A DNA stretch of 64,000 nucleotides, from NCBI GenBank assembly GCA_949358305.1, contig OX442314.1:10788001-10852000 (forward strand). The letters run 5' to 3'. Below are positions 1 through 9,768 of this stretch, in pieces (the first letter of the stretch is position 1; every line of letters begins with the position of its first letter). Source of the stretch: Strigamia acuminata. Taxonomy: Eukaryota. The notes beneath the pieces were generated by a model that was not told the origin of the DNA, made no database searches, and saw nothing but the letters and a program-made list of their open reading frames with translations. A program made the translations under genes and the position numbers.

Positions 1-769
1 AAACCACGCGGTCGGGCCTAACTTTGAAAAGTTGACTTTTGATGGAATTCTTAAAGAATTCTATCAATTTAACAGTTGTTTTATTTTTTAGAAATGTTTT
101 TCACATGTATTTTGCTTGAGACTTCAAGTTAAACCTAAATTTATTTGCCTAAATAAATTAGAAAGAAAATTGACATTTTTCGAAGGAATTAAAATTTATA
201 TTTTATTTCAAATGGTTTACCTTATTTTACAAGCTTGATCTACATTAAAATGTTGGTTAAAAATCGTGATTTCAAGATCTTGGAATCGAATTTTACGAAT
301 GGAATACCATTCAAATTTTAGCGAAGAAGAATTCCCGCTGTTGTGTTGCCTAGCAACCCGTGTTGTGCAGGAAAGCCGTCGATTCAAACGAATCGGCGCG
401 TCTTTTGAAATTACGAGTTTTAAAACTTTAAAAAATTCCATAAAGGTGATCATTCATTTATTAATAAATGCGGTGATATTTTTAAAAAATATTTTGAAAA
501 GTATCCATTTTGTTTGGTGACTACGTCATAACACTGGAATCTGTCAAGATTACGGTTCCACGAACTTGATGATTTCCACCAATCTCGGACGAGATTGGAC
601 TCTCGCGAGAACTAGCGTTGATACTTGACCAATCAGAGAGGTGTATCGAAGTATCCATACTTCCTTTCGAACTAGTGTGACCACTGCTTCGTTTGCGATC
701 CTCCTGAACGTTTGCAACTTCATCGTTATCTCTCAGACTTAGGAAATTTTCTTAGTTTTAAGTTTAGTT

Positions 770-3016
770 ATGACCAATAACCAGCATCACATGAACACCC
801 GTGGTAAGGAAAGAACTTGTTTGACCGGTGGAATGAATCTATCCGGGTTTATACCTGTTCCTAATGGAACTGAAGAAGTGGAAAACCACGCGGTCCATAA
901 TGGCGTTTCAAATGAAACAGCCGGACCATCTGGAGAGAATAGGGCTCCACGTGAACCTACTCCGCCTGGAGAAGAGGAATGCATTCCTGAAGGTTCTCAT
1001 TTAGGCCGAGGCGGTCTATTATTTTGTCAGGATCACGGTTTGAACCCAAACCAATTTAGATCTTTGACCGAAGTGTTAGATTTTGTACACGCGCCTCGTG
1101 CTACGTCGGAGCAATCCCATTCCCCAGCCAGCCAAAGATTAAATCATTTTAGTCCCACTCCTTCGACGCCTATTTCTAGATATAGAAATAAAAATGCACA
1201 ACCTCCTCGTCAAGATCAGTCGAATTTGACACCAGGAGATTTTAATCGTGCTTTCCAACAACGACTACGAGCGAATAACTTCGCTCGCAACCAACAAAGA
1301 GGATTTACAAATCCAGAGAACTTTGAGAATACGTTCAACAGAGCGAATTTGGGTCCGCCTAATATGGCCAACCCTAATCCAAGTTTTCCAAACGGATCAA
1401 ATAGTTGTCCGAATCTCGCTGGAAATTTGAACCCAAATTTAGGCGCGACAAGAGGTCCAAACCGCCGTTTTGACCCAAATTCTAGATTTGCAAACAATTC
1501 TAGTCCAGCACCTAACATGCAAAGGGGTCATCCAGTTCCTCCGAACTCGAATAACCCAAATAATCCGAACGATTTAAATAATCCTCCTACTGGAACTCCA
1601 GGAAATTCAAATAACTATTTGAATCGGGGTACGCCAGGTAATTCGAACTATCGTCCGAATTTTGGTAATCAAGAAAGTTCGCACAACCGTCCGAATTTTA
1701 ACAATCAAGGTAATTCTAATAATCATTCGAATTATGGGAACCAAGGTAATTCGAATAACCATTCGAATTTTGGTAACCACAGTAGACCAAATCAAGGAGG
1801 GTCGAATAATTTCAACCCCAACAATGGTGGCTCAAGTCAAAATAACTCGAGTCAATCAAACACTGGTGGATCGTCGAATGACCATTCGCGTCCCCCAAGC
1901 AGCTTTGGAATGACGGCTGATGACCTCGCGTCAATTGCCACAACCATGCACAAATTAATGCAGGCTGGAAAAGGTTCCGCCATTGTACCTCAAACTAACA
2001 GTTTGAAGCCCCCAGATATTCCTGTATTCTCCGGAAAAGCAGAAAAAAGCGAACGCTTTCTCAACATTGTAAAAAATGTCGCTTTCCTGCGAAACATGTC
2101 ACTCGATGACATGCTTGTTAAAGGCGTAGCCGGTTATCTAACCGAGCAAGCGCATGGTTGGTTTCATGAAAGGAGAGAAGATTTCATATCTTGGGAAGTA
2201 TTTGAACAGGCGTTCAAAGAACGGTTTGTAGCCACTCGACAAGAGCGGACGAACCAACTAACTAAGTTGAAACAACTGGAAACAGAAAGTCTTTACGACT
2301 TTATGCACAAATATTATCAGTTATGGATATTACAAGACAGTCTTGATGCAAAAGGGGCTGGTTGTCTTTTTATCGGGAGTGTAACTCCTGCTAATGATTT
2401 GCTTTTGCATACGCAAGGCATAGCGGATTTGCCTCTGACAGAGATTTATGCCGTTATAACGAAAAATAAAGGCTTGTACAGTCGTACAGCTAATGGAGCG
2501 AGGGAAAATATTTCCAATCCAGTTGTTTTCCCACCTCGGAAAACTGACACTCGTCCTCAGCCGAAGACAAATGCTAAATCTTTAACTTTGGATTCACAAG
2601 AACAACTTAATATTTGTGAAGACGAGTTACCTGAGGAATGCGAGGCCGTTTATTTAATAAATGGAGTAGTGGATCAGACCAGACGTGGTCAATTAGTTTG
2701 TTACCACTGTAAGAAACCAGGACACATGCGTCGAGAATGTCCAGACTTAAAACCAAGTGCAACTTTCAACTCTGAAGAGTTGCAAAAACGAAGTACGCCG
2801 GACTCCCCGACTGTGGATCCTACTTCTAAACGTCCTAATAACAGATGGATAACTCAAGAAGTGTTGGATGCAACACTAGATGCTAAACTTGATGCGAAAC
2901 TTAATACTTTTGAAAATAAGTTACAAACTTCGCTGACTAACTCGTTGGCAGAAATGGTCAAAACTTTGATCAAGCCCGAATCGACAGATTCAAGTGCTAC
3001 TAGTTCAAAAAACTAG
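770..3016 (+). CDS. gag: Gag (748 aa) with long N/P/G/S-rich low-complexity N-terminal half and a CCHC zinc knuckle
   Basis: CYHCKKPGHMRREC knuckle; retrotransposon-Gag-like segment PVFSG...AHGWF...SWEVFEQAFKERF...LKQ. Confidence 0.93.
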   Translation: MTNNQHHMNTRGKERTCLTGGMNLSGFIPVPNGTEEVENHAVHNGVSNETAGPSGENRAPREPTPPGEEECIPEGSHLGRGGLLFCQDHGLNPNQFRSLTEVLDFVHAPRATSEQSHSPASQRLNHFSPTPSTPISRYRNKNAQPPRQDQSNLTPGDFNRAFQQRLRANNFARNQQRGFTNPENFENTFNRANLGPPNMANPNPSFPNGSNSCPNLAGNLNPNLGATRGPNRRFDPNSRFANNSSPAPNMQRGHPVPPNSNNPNNPNDLNNPPTGTPGNSNNYLNRGTPGNSNYRPNFGNQESSHNRPNFNNQGNSNNHSNYGNQGNSNNHSNFGNHSRPNQGGSNNFNPNNGGSSQNNSSQSNTGGSSNDHSRPPSSFGMTADDLASIATTMHKLMQAGKGSAIVPQTNSLKPPDIPVFSGKAEKSERFLNIVKNVAFLRNMSLDDMLVKGVAGYLTEQAHGWFHERREDFISWEVFEQAFKERFVATRQERTNQLTKLKQLETESLYDFMHKYYQLWILQDSLDAKGAGCLFIGSVTPANDLLLHTQGIADLPLTEIYAVITKNKGLYSRTANGARENISNPVVFPPRKTDTRPQPKTNAKSLTLDSQEQLNICEDELPEECEAVYLINGVVDQTRRGQLVCYHCKKPGHMRRECPDLKPSATFNSEELQKRSTPDSPTVDPTSKRPNNRWITQEVLDATLDAKLDAKLNTFENKLQTSLTNSLAEMVKTLIKPESTDSSATSSKN

Positions 3017-3047
3017 ATCCGGGGGACGAAGGTTTATTCCATCCCCC
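3007..3047 (+). promoter_or_regulatory. -1 ribosomal frameshift signal joining gag to pol
   Basis: A_AAA_AAC at 3007-3013 in gag phase just before TAG; 7-nt spacer; stem GGGGGA (3021-3026) / TCCCCC (3042-3047); the -1 frame is open from 3013 into pol. Confidence 0.85.
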
Positions 3048-3081
3048 AGAAGTAGCTAATGCTACATCGGAGATTTTATTT

Positions 3082-5490
3082 ATGGATGTAGACACAACTT
3101 GTCTTGAAGTAGCCACTAGTCATAGTGGCGGAGTAGAGGAAAATCTGCAAGAAATGACAGAACAATTAAAAAATCTGACATTGTTTCCACACAAGTGCTA
3201 CACGAAGAAATTCTGTAGACTCCGCCGACTCAACAGAGTCATAGGTGGTAATAATTTGCACAATATTACTTTAGGTAATAATAAAGATGATCCTCGAATG
3301 AAGATCACAATTGGTGGGCTCACCTACAACGCGCTCATGGATACAGGAGCATCTCAATGTTACATTGGGGAACAACTCTTGTCTGAAACTCAGGCTTTGC
3401 CAGAATTTCTGCAAGAAGCCCCCAGAAACATGTTGGTTAACGCTGTAGGCGTAGCACACAAGCCTGTCGGACAAATAACTTTGTGCGTGCAATGGGCTGA
3501 TGAATTTACACCAATGAATTTCATCGTTTTAGCAAAACGAGTTTGTGGCTTGATACTTGGTCACAATTTCATGCGCAGACAGAAAATTAGTCCGCATCCA
3601 CATCTACAAGAGTTCTCTTGTGCAGATAAACCTAATTGGTCCGCCCCTTATGAATCGGAAGAAGCCAATTTGGCCCTCGCCCCGTTGAATCGAATTACTT
3701 TCGATTATTTAGGACTATCGTCCACTCTCAACTCAATTGAGTTAACAGACACTCCTGTGTTGACTTGGGATGAAAAATTAGTTGAGGAGAGCGACTGCAC
3801 TCCAGAACAAAGACTAGCACTTCGCGAAGTGGTTAACTCGATACCGAATGTATTTCGAGATCAAGTTGGGTGCACTAACGTGACCCAGCATCGTATTAAG
3901 TTCAAGGAAGGGCATTCATTGCCCAAAATGCAGTATAGAACGTATAACCCGGCCAAGAGAGCCATTATGACCAAACTAGCTGCAGAACTTGAACAGGATG
4001 GACTGATTGAAAAGGCCAAAGGGCCATTTATAAGTCATCCAGTCATCGTTGCGAAGCCTGACGGCTCGTATAGGATGTGCATTGACTACCGGTGGCTAAA
4101 TGCCATCACTGAAGTCGAAGTAATACAAATGCCAAGTATTGACCTTTTGTTGCATAATACTGGTCCGGCAAAGTATTTTACGTCTATTGACCTTGTTAAA
4201 GGTTACTACCAAGTCGAGATGTGTAAAGAAGATCGTCCAAAGACGGCATTTTACACGCCAAATGGTCCATATCAGTTTGTGCGAATGCCGTTTGGCCTTT
4301 GTAATGCGCCTTGTACTTTCCAGCGTCTGATGGAAGGCATTTTAGGCTCAGCTTTACAAGATTACGCGTTAGTCTATTTGGATGACGTAATTGTATATTC
4401 AGATAATTGGGATGATCATCTCAAACACGTTCGAGATGTTCTAGAAAGGCTTAACCAAGCCAACATGACAATAAATAAAGCGAAATCTCGTTTTGGGCGT
4501 ACAGAATTAAAATTCTTGGGCCACTGGATTAAACCCGAAGGTCTCTTCGGTGATCCCGATAAAATATCGGCGATTATGAAATTTCCCACCCCCACGTGTG
4601 CTAAAGACATTCAGCGCTTTCACGGCATGACTAACTTCTTCAGGAAGTTTGTTCCAAATCACGGAACTATTGCCGCACCATACACACGTATGATGAATGA
4701 GAAAACTCCATTTGAATGGGGAGATGAGCAGACAGAAGCTTTTAATAAAATTAAAGAGCTACTTTGTGGTGACAATTGTCTGCACAAACCAGATATGACC
4801 TTGCCATTTGTTGTTATGACTGACGCTTCACATGAAGGCTTAGGAGCTGTCCTTTGCCAAGACGTCGATATATTCGATGAAAAGAAGCAGAAAAACATTT
4901 CTGTACCCAGACCTGTAGCTTATGCAAGCAGAGTTTTACGTGGAGCGGAGAAGCGTTATACAACGCCGGAACTCGAATGTCTCGCAGTTGTGTGGGCTAT
5001 TGATCGATTTAAACCATATCTCGAATATGGTACATTCACTTTAGAGTCAGATGCAGAAGCATTGAAATGGTTGATGCGAACGCCTGAACCATCTGGGAAA
5101 TTTGGCCGATGGGCCTTAAGAATCCAATGTGGAAATTTTAAAATTGTTTTTCGAAAAGGTGCTGCTAATCAAGTTGCAGATGCACTTTCTAGAGCCCCAC
5201 TAACAGAGGAAGACATTCCTCTTCGAGATCATGTGGAACCTGTCGAAATTAAACAATATTGGCCTGAATGGGACGGAAATCCTTCTGTTTCATTAAATCG
5301 TGCCCCGGAGAAACGAGAATATTTGGCTAGTGTGCGTTCCTATTTTTCAGAAAATTCTAAAGAATGTTCTGAAGAAAAGGAGGGGGAGGAAGTACAAGAA
5401 ACCTTGTACAGTGCGTTGACTGAAGTACTTAAAGAAGTCCCTCCTACAAGGAGAGAAATAATAGATGCTCAGTTACTAGACACTGAATGA
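3082..5490 (+). CDS. pol: Pol: protease, reverse transcriptase, RNase H (frame open from 3013; ends at an in-frame TGA)
   Basis: LMDTGAS (protease); RMCIDYR, MPFGL and VYLDD (RT); TDAS, ELECLA and ADALSR (RNase H). Confidence 0.96.
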   Translation: MDVDTTCLEVATSHSGGVEENLQEMTEQLKNLTLFPHKCYTKKFCRLRRLNRVIGGNNLHNITLGNNKDDPRMKITIGGLTYNALMDTGASQCYIGEQLLSETQALPEFLQEAPRNMLVNAVGVAHKPVGQITLCVQWADEFTPMNFIVLAKRVCGLILGHNFMRRQKISPHPHLQEFSCADKPNWSAPYESEEANLALAPLNRITFDYLGLSSTLNSIELTDTPVLTWDEKLVEESDCTPEQRLALREVVNSIPNVFRDQVGCTNVTQHRIKFKEGHSLPKMQYRTYNPAKRAIMTKLAAELEQDGLIEKAKGPFISHPVIVAKPDGSYRMCIDYRWLNAITEVEVIQMPSIDLLLHNTGPAKYFTSIDLVKGYYQVEMCKEDRPKTAFYTPNGPYQFVRMPFGLCNAPCTFQRLMEGILGSALQDYALVYLDDVIVYSDNWDDHLKHVRDVLERLNQANMTINKAKSRFGRTELKFLGHWIKPEGLFGDPDKISAIMKFPTPTCAKDIQRFHGMTNFFRKFVPNHGTIAAPYTRMMNEKTPFEWGDEQTEAFNKIKELLCGDNCLHKPDMTLPFVVMTDASHEGLGAVLCQDVDIFDEKKQKNISVPRPVAYASRVLRGAEKRYTTPELECLAVVWAIDRFKPYLEYGTFTLESDAEALKWLMRTPEPSGKFGRWALRIQCGNFKIVFRKGAANQVADALSRAPLTEEDIPLRDHVEPVEIKQYWPEWDGNPSVSLNRAPEKREYLASVRSYFSENSKECSEEKEGEEVQETLYSALTEVLKEVPPTRREIIDAQLLDTE

Positions 5491-7212
5491 AAACGCATTC
5501 GAGAATATTTATTGAATGACAAGGTTGTTGGGATACCACAATCTGAAATAAAAGAATGGAAAAACAAAGTCAAAAACTATTGTTTAGACAAAAAAGAAGT
5601 TGATGGTGATCAAATGATCATCTTTTTTAACCCTTCGTTCGAAGAGGAATTAAACGATTCGGGAAATGGCTTTAAAGCCGTTGTACCCAGTGCACTCGTA
5701 AAGCGAGTACTCTTCGCTTGTCATGGCCACCCCCTAAGCGGTCACGCTGGGATGAGTAAGACGCTTGAGAAAACGCGTTTAATATATTTCTGGCCTGGTA
5801 TGAGTAGAAGTGTCAGGAACTACGTCAAAAGCTGCACGCACTGTGCTCAGTACAAACCTATTCAACAGAAAAGGCACGCAGCTCCGTACACACCACACAA
5901 CATGACCAATCCTTGGGAATGTATTAACATGGACTTGATGGGCCCAAAACCCGCGGGAAGGTCCCAAAACCAGTATATTTTTGTCATTATTGACAATTGT
6001 ACCAAGTTCGTTGAAATTAAGGCTTTGACAAAAGCCACGAGCGCTAACTGCGTTCAAGAATTAAGATCTGTTACAAACAGATGGGGACACCCCAAAAAGA
6101 TTGTGAGCGATAACGGAAAACAATTTGTTTCCGATATTTACAATGAGTATTGCGAGATGTACAACATTCGCCCGTCTCATACGAGCACGTATCATGCCCA
6201 GGCGAACCCGACAGAGCGAGCCAATAGAGATATAAAGACGATGCTGGCTTTGTACACAGATGTGCACACGCAATGGCCACGATATTTAGACGAATTCGCG
6301 TTCGCGATGAGAAATAATGTCTCAGCGGCAACGGGCTCAAGCCCGATGTTACTGAACACGGGACGAATCGTAACATTACCTTTCGACCCAAGGATTATTA
6401 AACATGCCAATCCATTTGACAAAGAAAATCCAGAAAAATATGTCAGAGTACTATTGGATGTATTGCGCAGATCGCATCAAGAGATGCATCGCAGAATTCA
6501 ATTGAATTTTGAACGACATAGGAAAATACACGAACAAAAGTTCGTAATTACGGAGTTTGAAGTTGGAGATTTAGTTTGGAAACAAACTCACATTCTCTCG
6601 TGCGCAGATAAAAATATTTCTGCTGGTTTCGCAGAGAAGAGAGATGGTCCGTGGGAGATTACTAAAGTACTTCCAGGCGGAGCGTATAAATTACGCAAAT
6701 TAGCTGATGGTTCGATTGAAAAATCAGTGAACATTAAAGCGTTGTACCCCTATACGCCCTCATACCCGGTTGAGACTTGGAAAGTAGGACAAAAGTCCGC
6801 CTCTTACTCGCCTCAAGAAAATCCTAAATGGATGGACGAAAGTAATCAACTTCCGGATGCTGAAGAAATGGAATTAATTCCTGAAACTTCTTCAGAAATT
6901 CCAATGGAATTGTCCGACTCAACTCCAGTGCAGATTGACAAATCTGCGCCCACAAAGTCTAAACATAGACATAGACAACGCTTAACTGCTATAGAAAAGA
7001 AAGCGGCGTTGAAAAGAGGCGAAGTTCCAAAGAAACCGCCTCGAAAACCCCGCAAACCCCAACCGATAGTTCCACGAACTAGCACTCGTCCACGACGAGA
7101 ACGAAAACCAAATCCTAAATATGCAGATGAAAATTTCGTGCGAAACATCACTGCAGTATTTAAAAAACCATACCAACAACGAGGAAAAGCCTCAAAGTTC
7201 TGTTGGAATTGA
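5491..7212 (+). CDS. pol: Integrase part of pol, in frame after the TGA at 5488-5490
   Basis: HHCC motif (HGHPLSGH...CTHC); DDE core (MDLMGP, SDNG, ERAN); GPY/F-like GPWEI; basic tail; same frame as the upstream pol ORF. Confidence 0.93.
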   Translation, partial: KRIREYLLNDKVVGIPQSEIKEWKNKVKNYCLDKKEVDGDQMIIFFNPSFEEELNDSGNGFKAVVPSALVKRVLFACHGHPLSGHAGMSKTLEKTRLIYFWPGMSRSVRNYVKSCTHCAQYKPIQQKRHAAPYTPHNMTNPWECINMDLMGPKPAGRSQNQYIFVIIDNCTKFVEIKALTKATSANCVQELRSVTNRWGHPKKIVSDNGKQFVSDIYNEYCEMYNIRPSHTSTYHAQANPTERANRDIKTMLALYTDVHTQWPRYLDEFAFAMRNNVSAATGSSPMLLNTGRIVTLPFDPRIIKHANPFDKENPEKYVRVLLDVLRRSHQEMHRRIQLNFERHRKIHEQKFVITEFEVGDLVWKQTHILSCADKNISAGFAEKRDGPWEITKVLPGGAYKLRKLADGSIEKSVNIKALYPYTPSYPVETWKVGQKSASYSPQENPKWMDESNQLPDAEEMELIPETSSEIPMELSDSTPVQIDKSAPTKSKHRHRQRLTAIEKKAALKRGEVPKKPPRKPRKPQPIVPRTSTRPRRERKPNPKYADENFVRNITAVFKKPYQQRGKASKFCWN

Positions 7213-7550
7213 TAAGTTTTACTCAAAACTTGGAGACTGTAATTATTTACATGTCTGACAGGTGTAGTGATTTATAATCTCAACACCGGGGGACAAGATA
7301 TTACGATATTTATTGAAATTTATATTAAAATATGAATTTGTTGCGATGAATTAAATATTCGATAGAATATTTTAATTTTTTGGTTGTATTTACATGTATT
7401 TTAACTAAAATACAGAGAATTACTTTGAAAAGTGATGTTCTCGCCTCTTCACGAGGATACGAGATTTACGAGGTGTGATTAAACCTCGAACCCGATAATT
7501 AATAGGGAATAAAATTCCCAGGGTTCATTGCACACAAACACTTCGTAAAA

Positions 7551-7662
7551 CACGTGGATATAAGTGACTTCGTCCCTTCGTCCCTCTTCACTTTTCGACT
7601 CGAGATTTCAACGCTAATTCATTTAGTCGACTCAAGCAGGAAAACTAGCTTCAACCGTAAGT
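7551..7662 (+). promoter_or_regulatory. Putative internal Pol II promoter, short first exon and splice donor for ORF3
   Basis: E-box CACGTG at 7551; TATAAG at 7559; Inr-like TCACTTT at 7588 (A is 31 nt after the TATA T); donor GTAAGT at 7657; acceptor TTTGCGTCTGCAG ends at 8262 immediately before the ATG. Confidence 0.5.
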
Positions 7663-8262
7663 AGTTTTCAATAATATTCTTTGACTAAAGAATTTAAAAG
7701 AATTGTTCGCAACAATTGGTAAAATATCGGCGTCCCGATAAAAGTTAAAAAATTCACGTGTATTATAAGCGTGAATCGGCATTAAATCACTCTGGAAGTT
7801 TAGCTATTCAGTCGAATAGTTGGGTTAAATTTAATAATTATTTATTAAGTTTAAGTACGTGGGCACTAATTATTTAAATCAAGTCGCGGTCGAGGCTTGC
7901 ATAAATTATTTAGCGGTGAATTTTCGATTTGAGATATTTATTAGACTAAGTGTTAATTAATTAATACGAAAGTTATCTTTGATATTCGAAAAGTTGGATT
8001 AAATAGTTTAAAGAAACTAAGGGAATTTTTTTCTTTTGAAAATCAACAAGTTGCGATTTTCGATGAAAATCCCTGTCGGCGAGTCCATTCTCGTGTCATA
8101 AACACAAGGGGAATGTGACTCATTAGTGTCACGTGTTAAGGGTTATAAATAACTCGAGTTGTGTATTTTCGTTGCGAACAATACGTTTTAATTCTTTGGA
8201 CTCAAGGAATGACTATTTAGAGTGGAATTATTTTTAATAAAATAATTTATTTGCGTCTGCAG

Positions 8263-9768
8263 ATGGGAAGTGATAAGCACCGTTCAAAACGGAGTCATCG
8301 ACGACACCGACATGAAAGCTCCAGCTCGTCCACCTCGTCTAGTGACGAGCAACGCCGTTCAGCAGAACGTGCTTACATGAGGGCCCAACCGATACCGACG
8401 GCGCCCGCCTCGATGTACGCCTTGACGCCGCTGCAACTCGCAACGCTTAATTGGCTGAGCGTCCATCCGGACGGACTTCCGCTCGACTTAAATGCGATGA
8501 TGCAGGCCCCATCCACATCTGCACAGCCAACCGTTTATGAGTCGGCGCAATTGGCCCCGCTGGCCCAGGTGGCGTATCCGCCCACAAACGTTATCAACGT
8601 CCCGTTGGCCCCGCATTCACCCGAATTTCGGCCGCCAACTGCAAGCGTGGCGCCCACCGTCGCCAACACGTCGAATGCGGCTGCACCGACTGTGACGGGA
8701 CAATCAGCGTCTGTTACGCATCTTCCTGCTGGTGCTGAGTCTTCTGCATCAGAATACGGATGGAATGAGCCGCCGCCGGGCGCATTGCGTTATTCGGAGC
8801 CTGTTTCTCGCAACCGCGAGTACCGAGCGGCCAACAAGGCAAGAAAGAAGGACGAGAAGGCCCGCCTGCGCAAGGAGCAGTGCGAACGAGACATGGCAGC
8901 CGGAATACCTCACGATAACATCGTGACGGACCAGGCCACAGAGACGATCTGCCCATTTTGCGTCGGCTGTGGGTGGTGCTGCGGTGCATCCGCAGGTTCT
9001 TCTCTAATGCGTTGTCCAAACTGCCGTGGAAGGAAAACGCGACCGCGTTCGGAGCCGTGGCGCAAGGAGGTTCAGCCCCACGTAGTTAAAGGCATTAAGC
9101 CTAACGAGAAGCGATGTTGGGCTCACTGCCCAAAGTGCCGACTTCGTGGCGAAGCGGTTTACATCGACCCGCGCTTCCTCACCTGGGCCCGCGCTGAAGC
9201 CAACGCCGGTGTACGAGTCGAACTCCTTCGACAGTCGCCGCCGCCATCCGAGGACTCCGAAGTTTCTACTGAAACTGTCCAAGCCGTCGAGAGCGCAGGA
9301 AGCGAGGTGCAAGAGGAATTCGTTCGACCAAGAGCGATGTCGCGAGGGCGAGGCTGTCTTACGCTCGACCGAGCAAAGGAAATTGCCAAGGTTCAACGAA
9401 CCAATATCTTGGCACGAGGGCGAGCTCGTAAGCTTCAACAGGCTGTAGAAGCGTCGTCTAAACCCGTGGAGGATCCTCCAGCGGCCGTAACCGACGCGTC
9501 CAGCGCCCCTCCAGCGTCTAAGTCTGAGACTTCGGACGACGCTCAGTTCGAGGATGCAGAAGAGCTGCTGTCCGTCGTTGATTTCGTGGCCGAGCTCCTC
9601 GACGACATGCCGTTTCCGCCGCCGAGTCCAGGCGAGATGGAAGCTTCTGTAGAAGCCGTGTTTTCTGCCGCCTCGACTGAAGCGACGGAAGAGTCCGATT
9701 TTCTGACTTCTGCTGAAGTCGAGAAGAAGGAAGAGAAAGTTTCGACTGACGTCGAAAAGAAGGATTAA
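8263..9768 (+). CDS. Gypsy accessory ORF3 (501 aa from ATG 8263): Cys-rich, otherwise mostly disordered, function unknown, not Env-like
   Basis: Long GC-rich ORF between pol and the 3' LTR; basic N-terminus, poly-Ser, CPFCVGCGWCC..CPNC..HCPKC cluster, acidic C-terminus; no signal peptide or TM segment seen. Confidence 0.85.
   Translation: MGSDKHRSKRSHRRHRHESSSSSTSSSDEQRRSAERAYMRAQPIPTAPASMYALTPLQLATLNWLSVHPDGLPLDLNAMMQAPSTSAQPTVYESAQLAPLAQVAYPPTNVINVPLAPHSPEFRPPTASVAPTVANTSNAAAPTVTGQSASVTHLPAGAESSASEYGWNEPPPGALRYSEPVSRNREYRAANKARKKDEKARLRKEQCERDMAAGIPHDNIVTDQATETICPFCVGCGWCCGASAGSSLMRCPNCRGRKTRPRSEPWRKEVQPHVVKGIKPNEKRCWAHCPKCRLRGEAVYIDPRFLTWARAEANAGVRVELLRQSPPPSEDSEVSTETVQAVESAGSEVQEEFVRPRAMSRGRGCLTLDRAKEIAKVQRTNILARGRARKLQQAVEASSKPVEDPPAAVTDASSAPPASKSETSDDAQFEDAEELLSVVDFVAELLDDMPFPPPSPGEMEASVEAVFSAASTEATEESDFLTSAEVEKKEEKVSTDVEKKD

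Noticed and set aside
217..520. Short ORFs in the Gypsy 5' leader, and likewise 9981-10322, 11420-11605 and 11737-11949
   Set aside because: Short frames with mostly non-ATG starts and no recognisable motifs; they recur only because the element is duplicated
6900..7212. Chromodomain at the integrase C-terminus
   Set aside because: Only a basic, Pro-rich tail; no aromatic-cage pattern
8263..9768. ORF3 as an envelope gene
   Set aside because: No signal peptide, fusion peptide or TM anchor; composition looks nuclear and disordered
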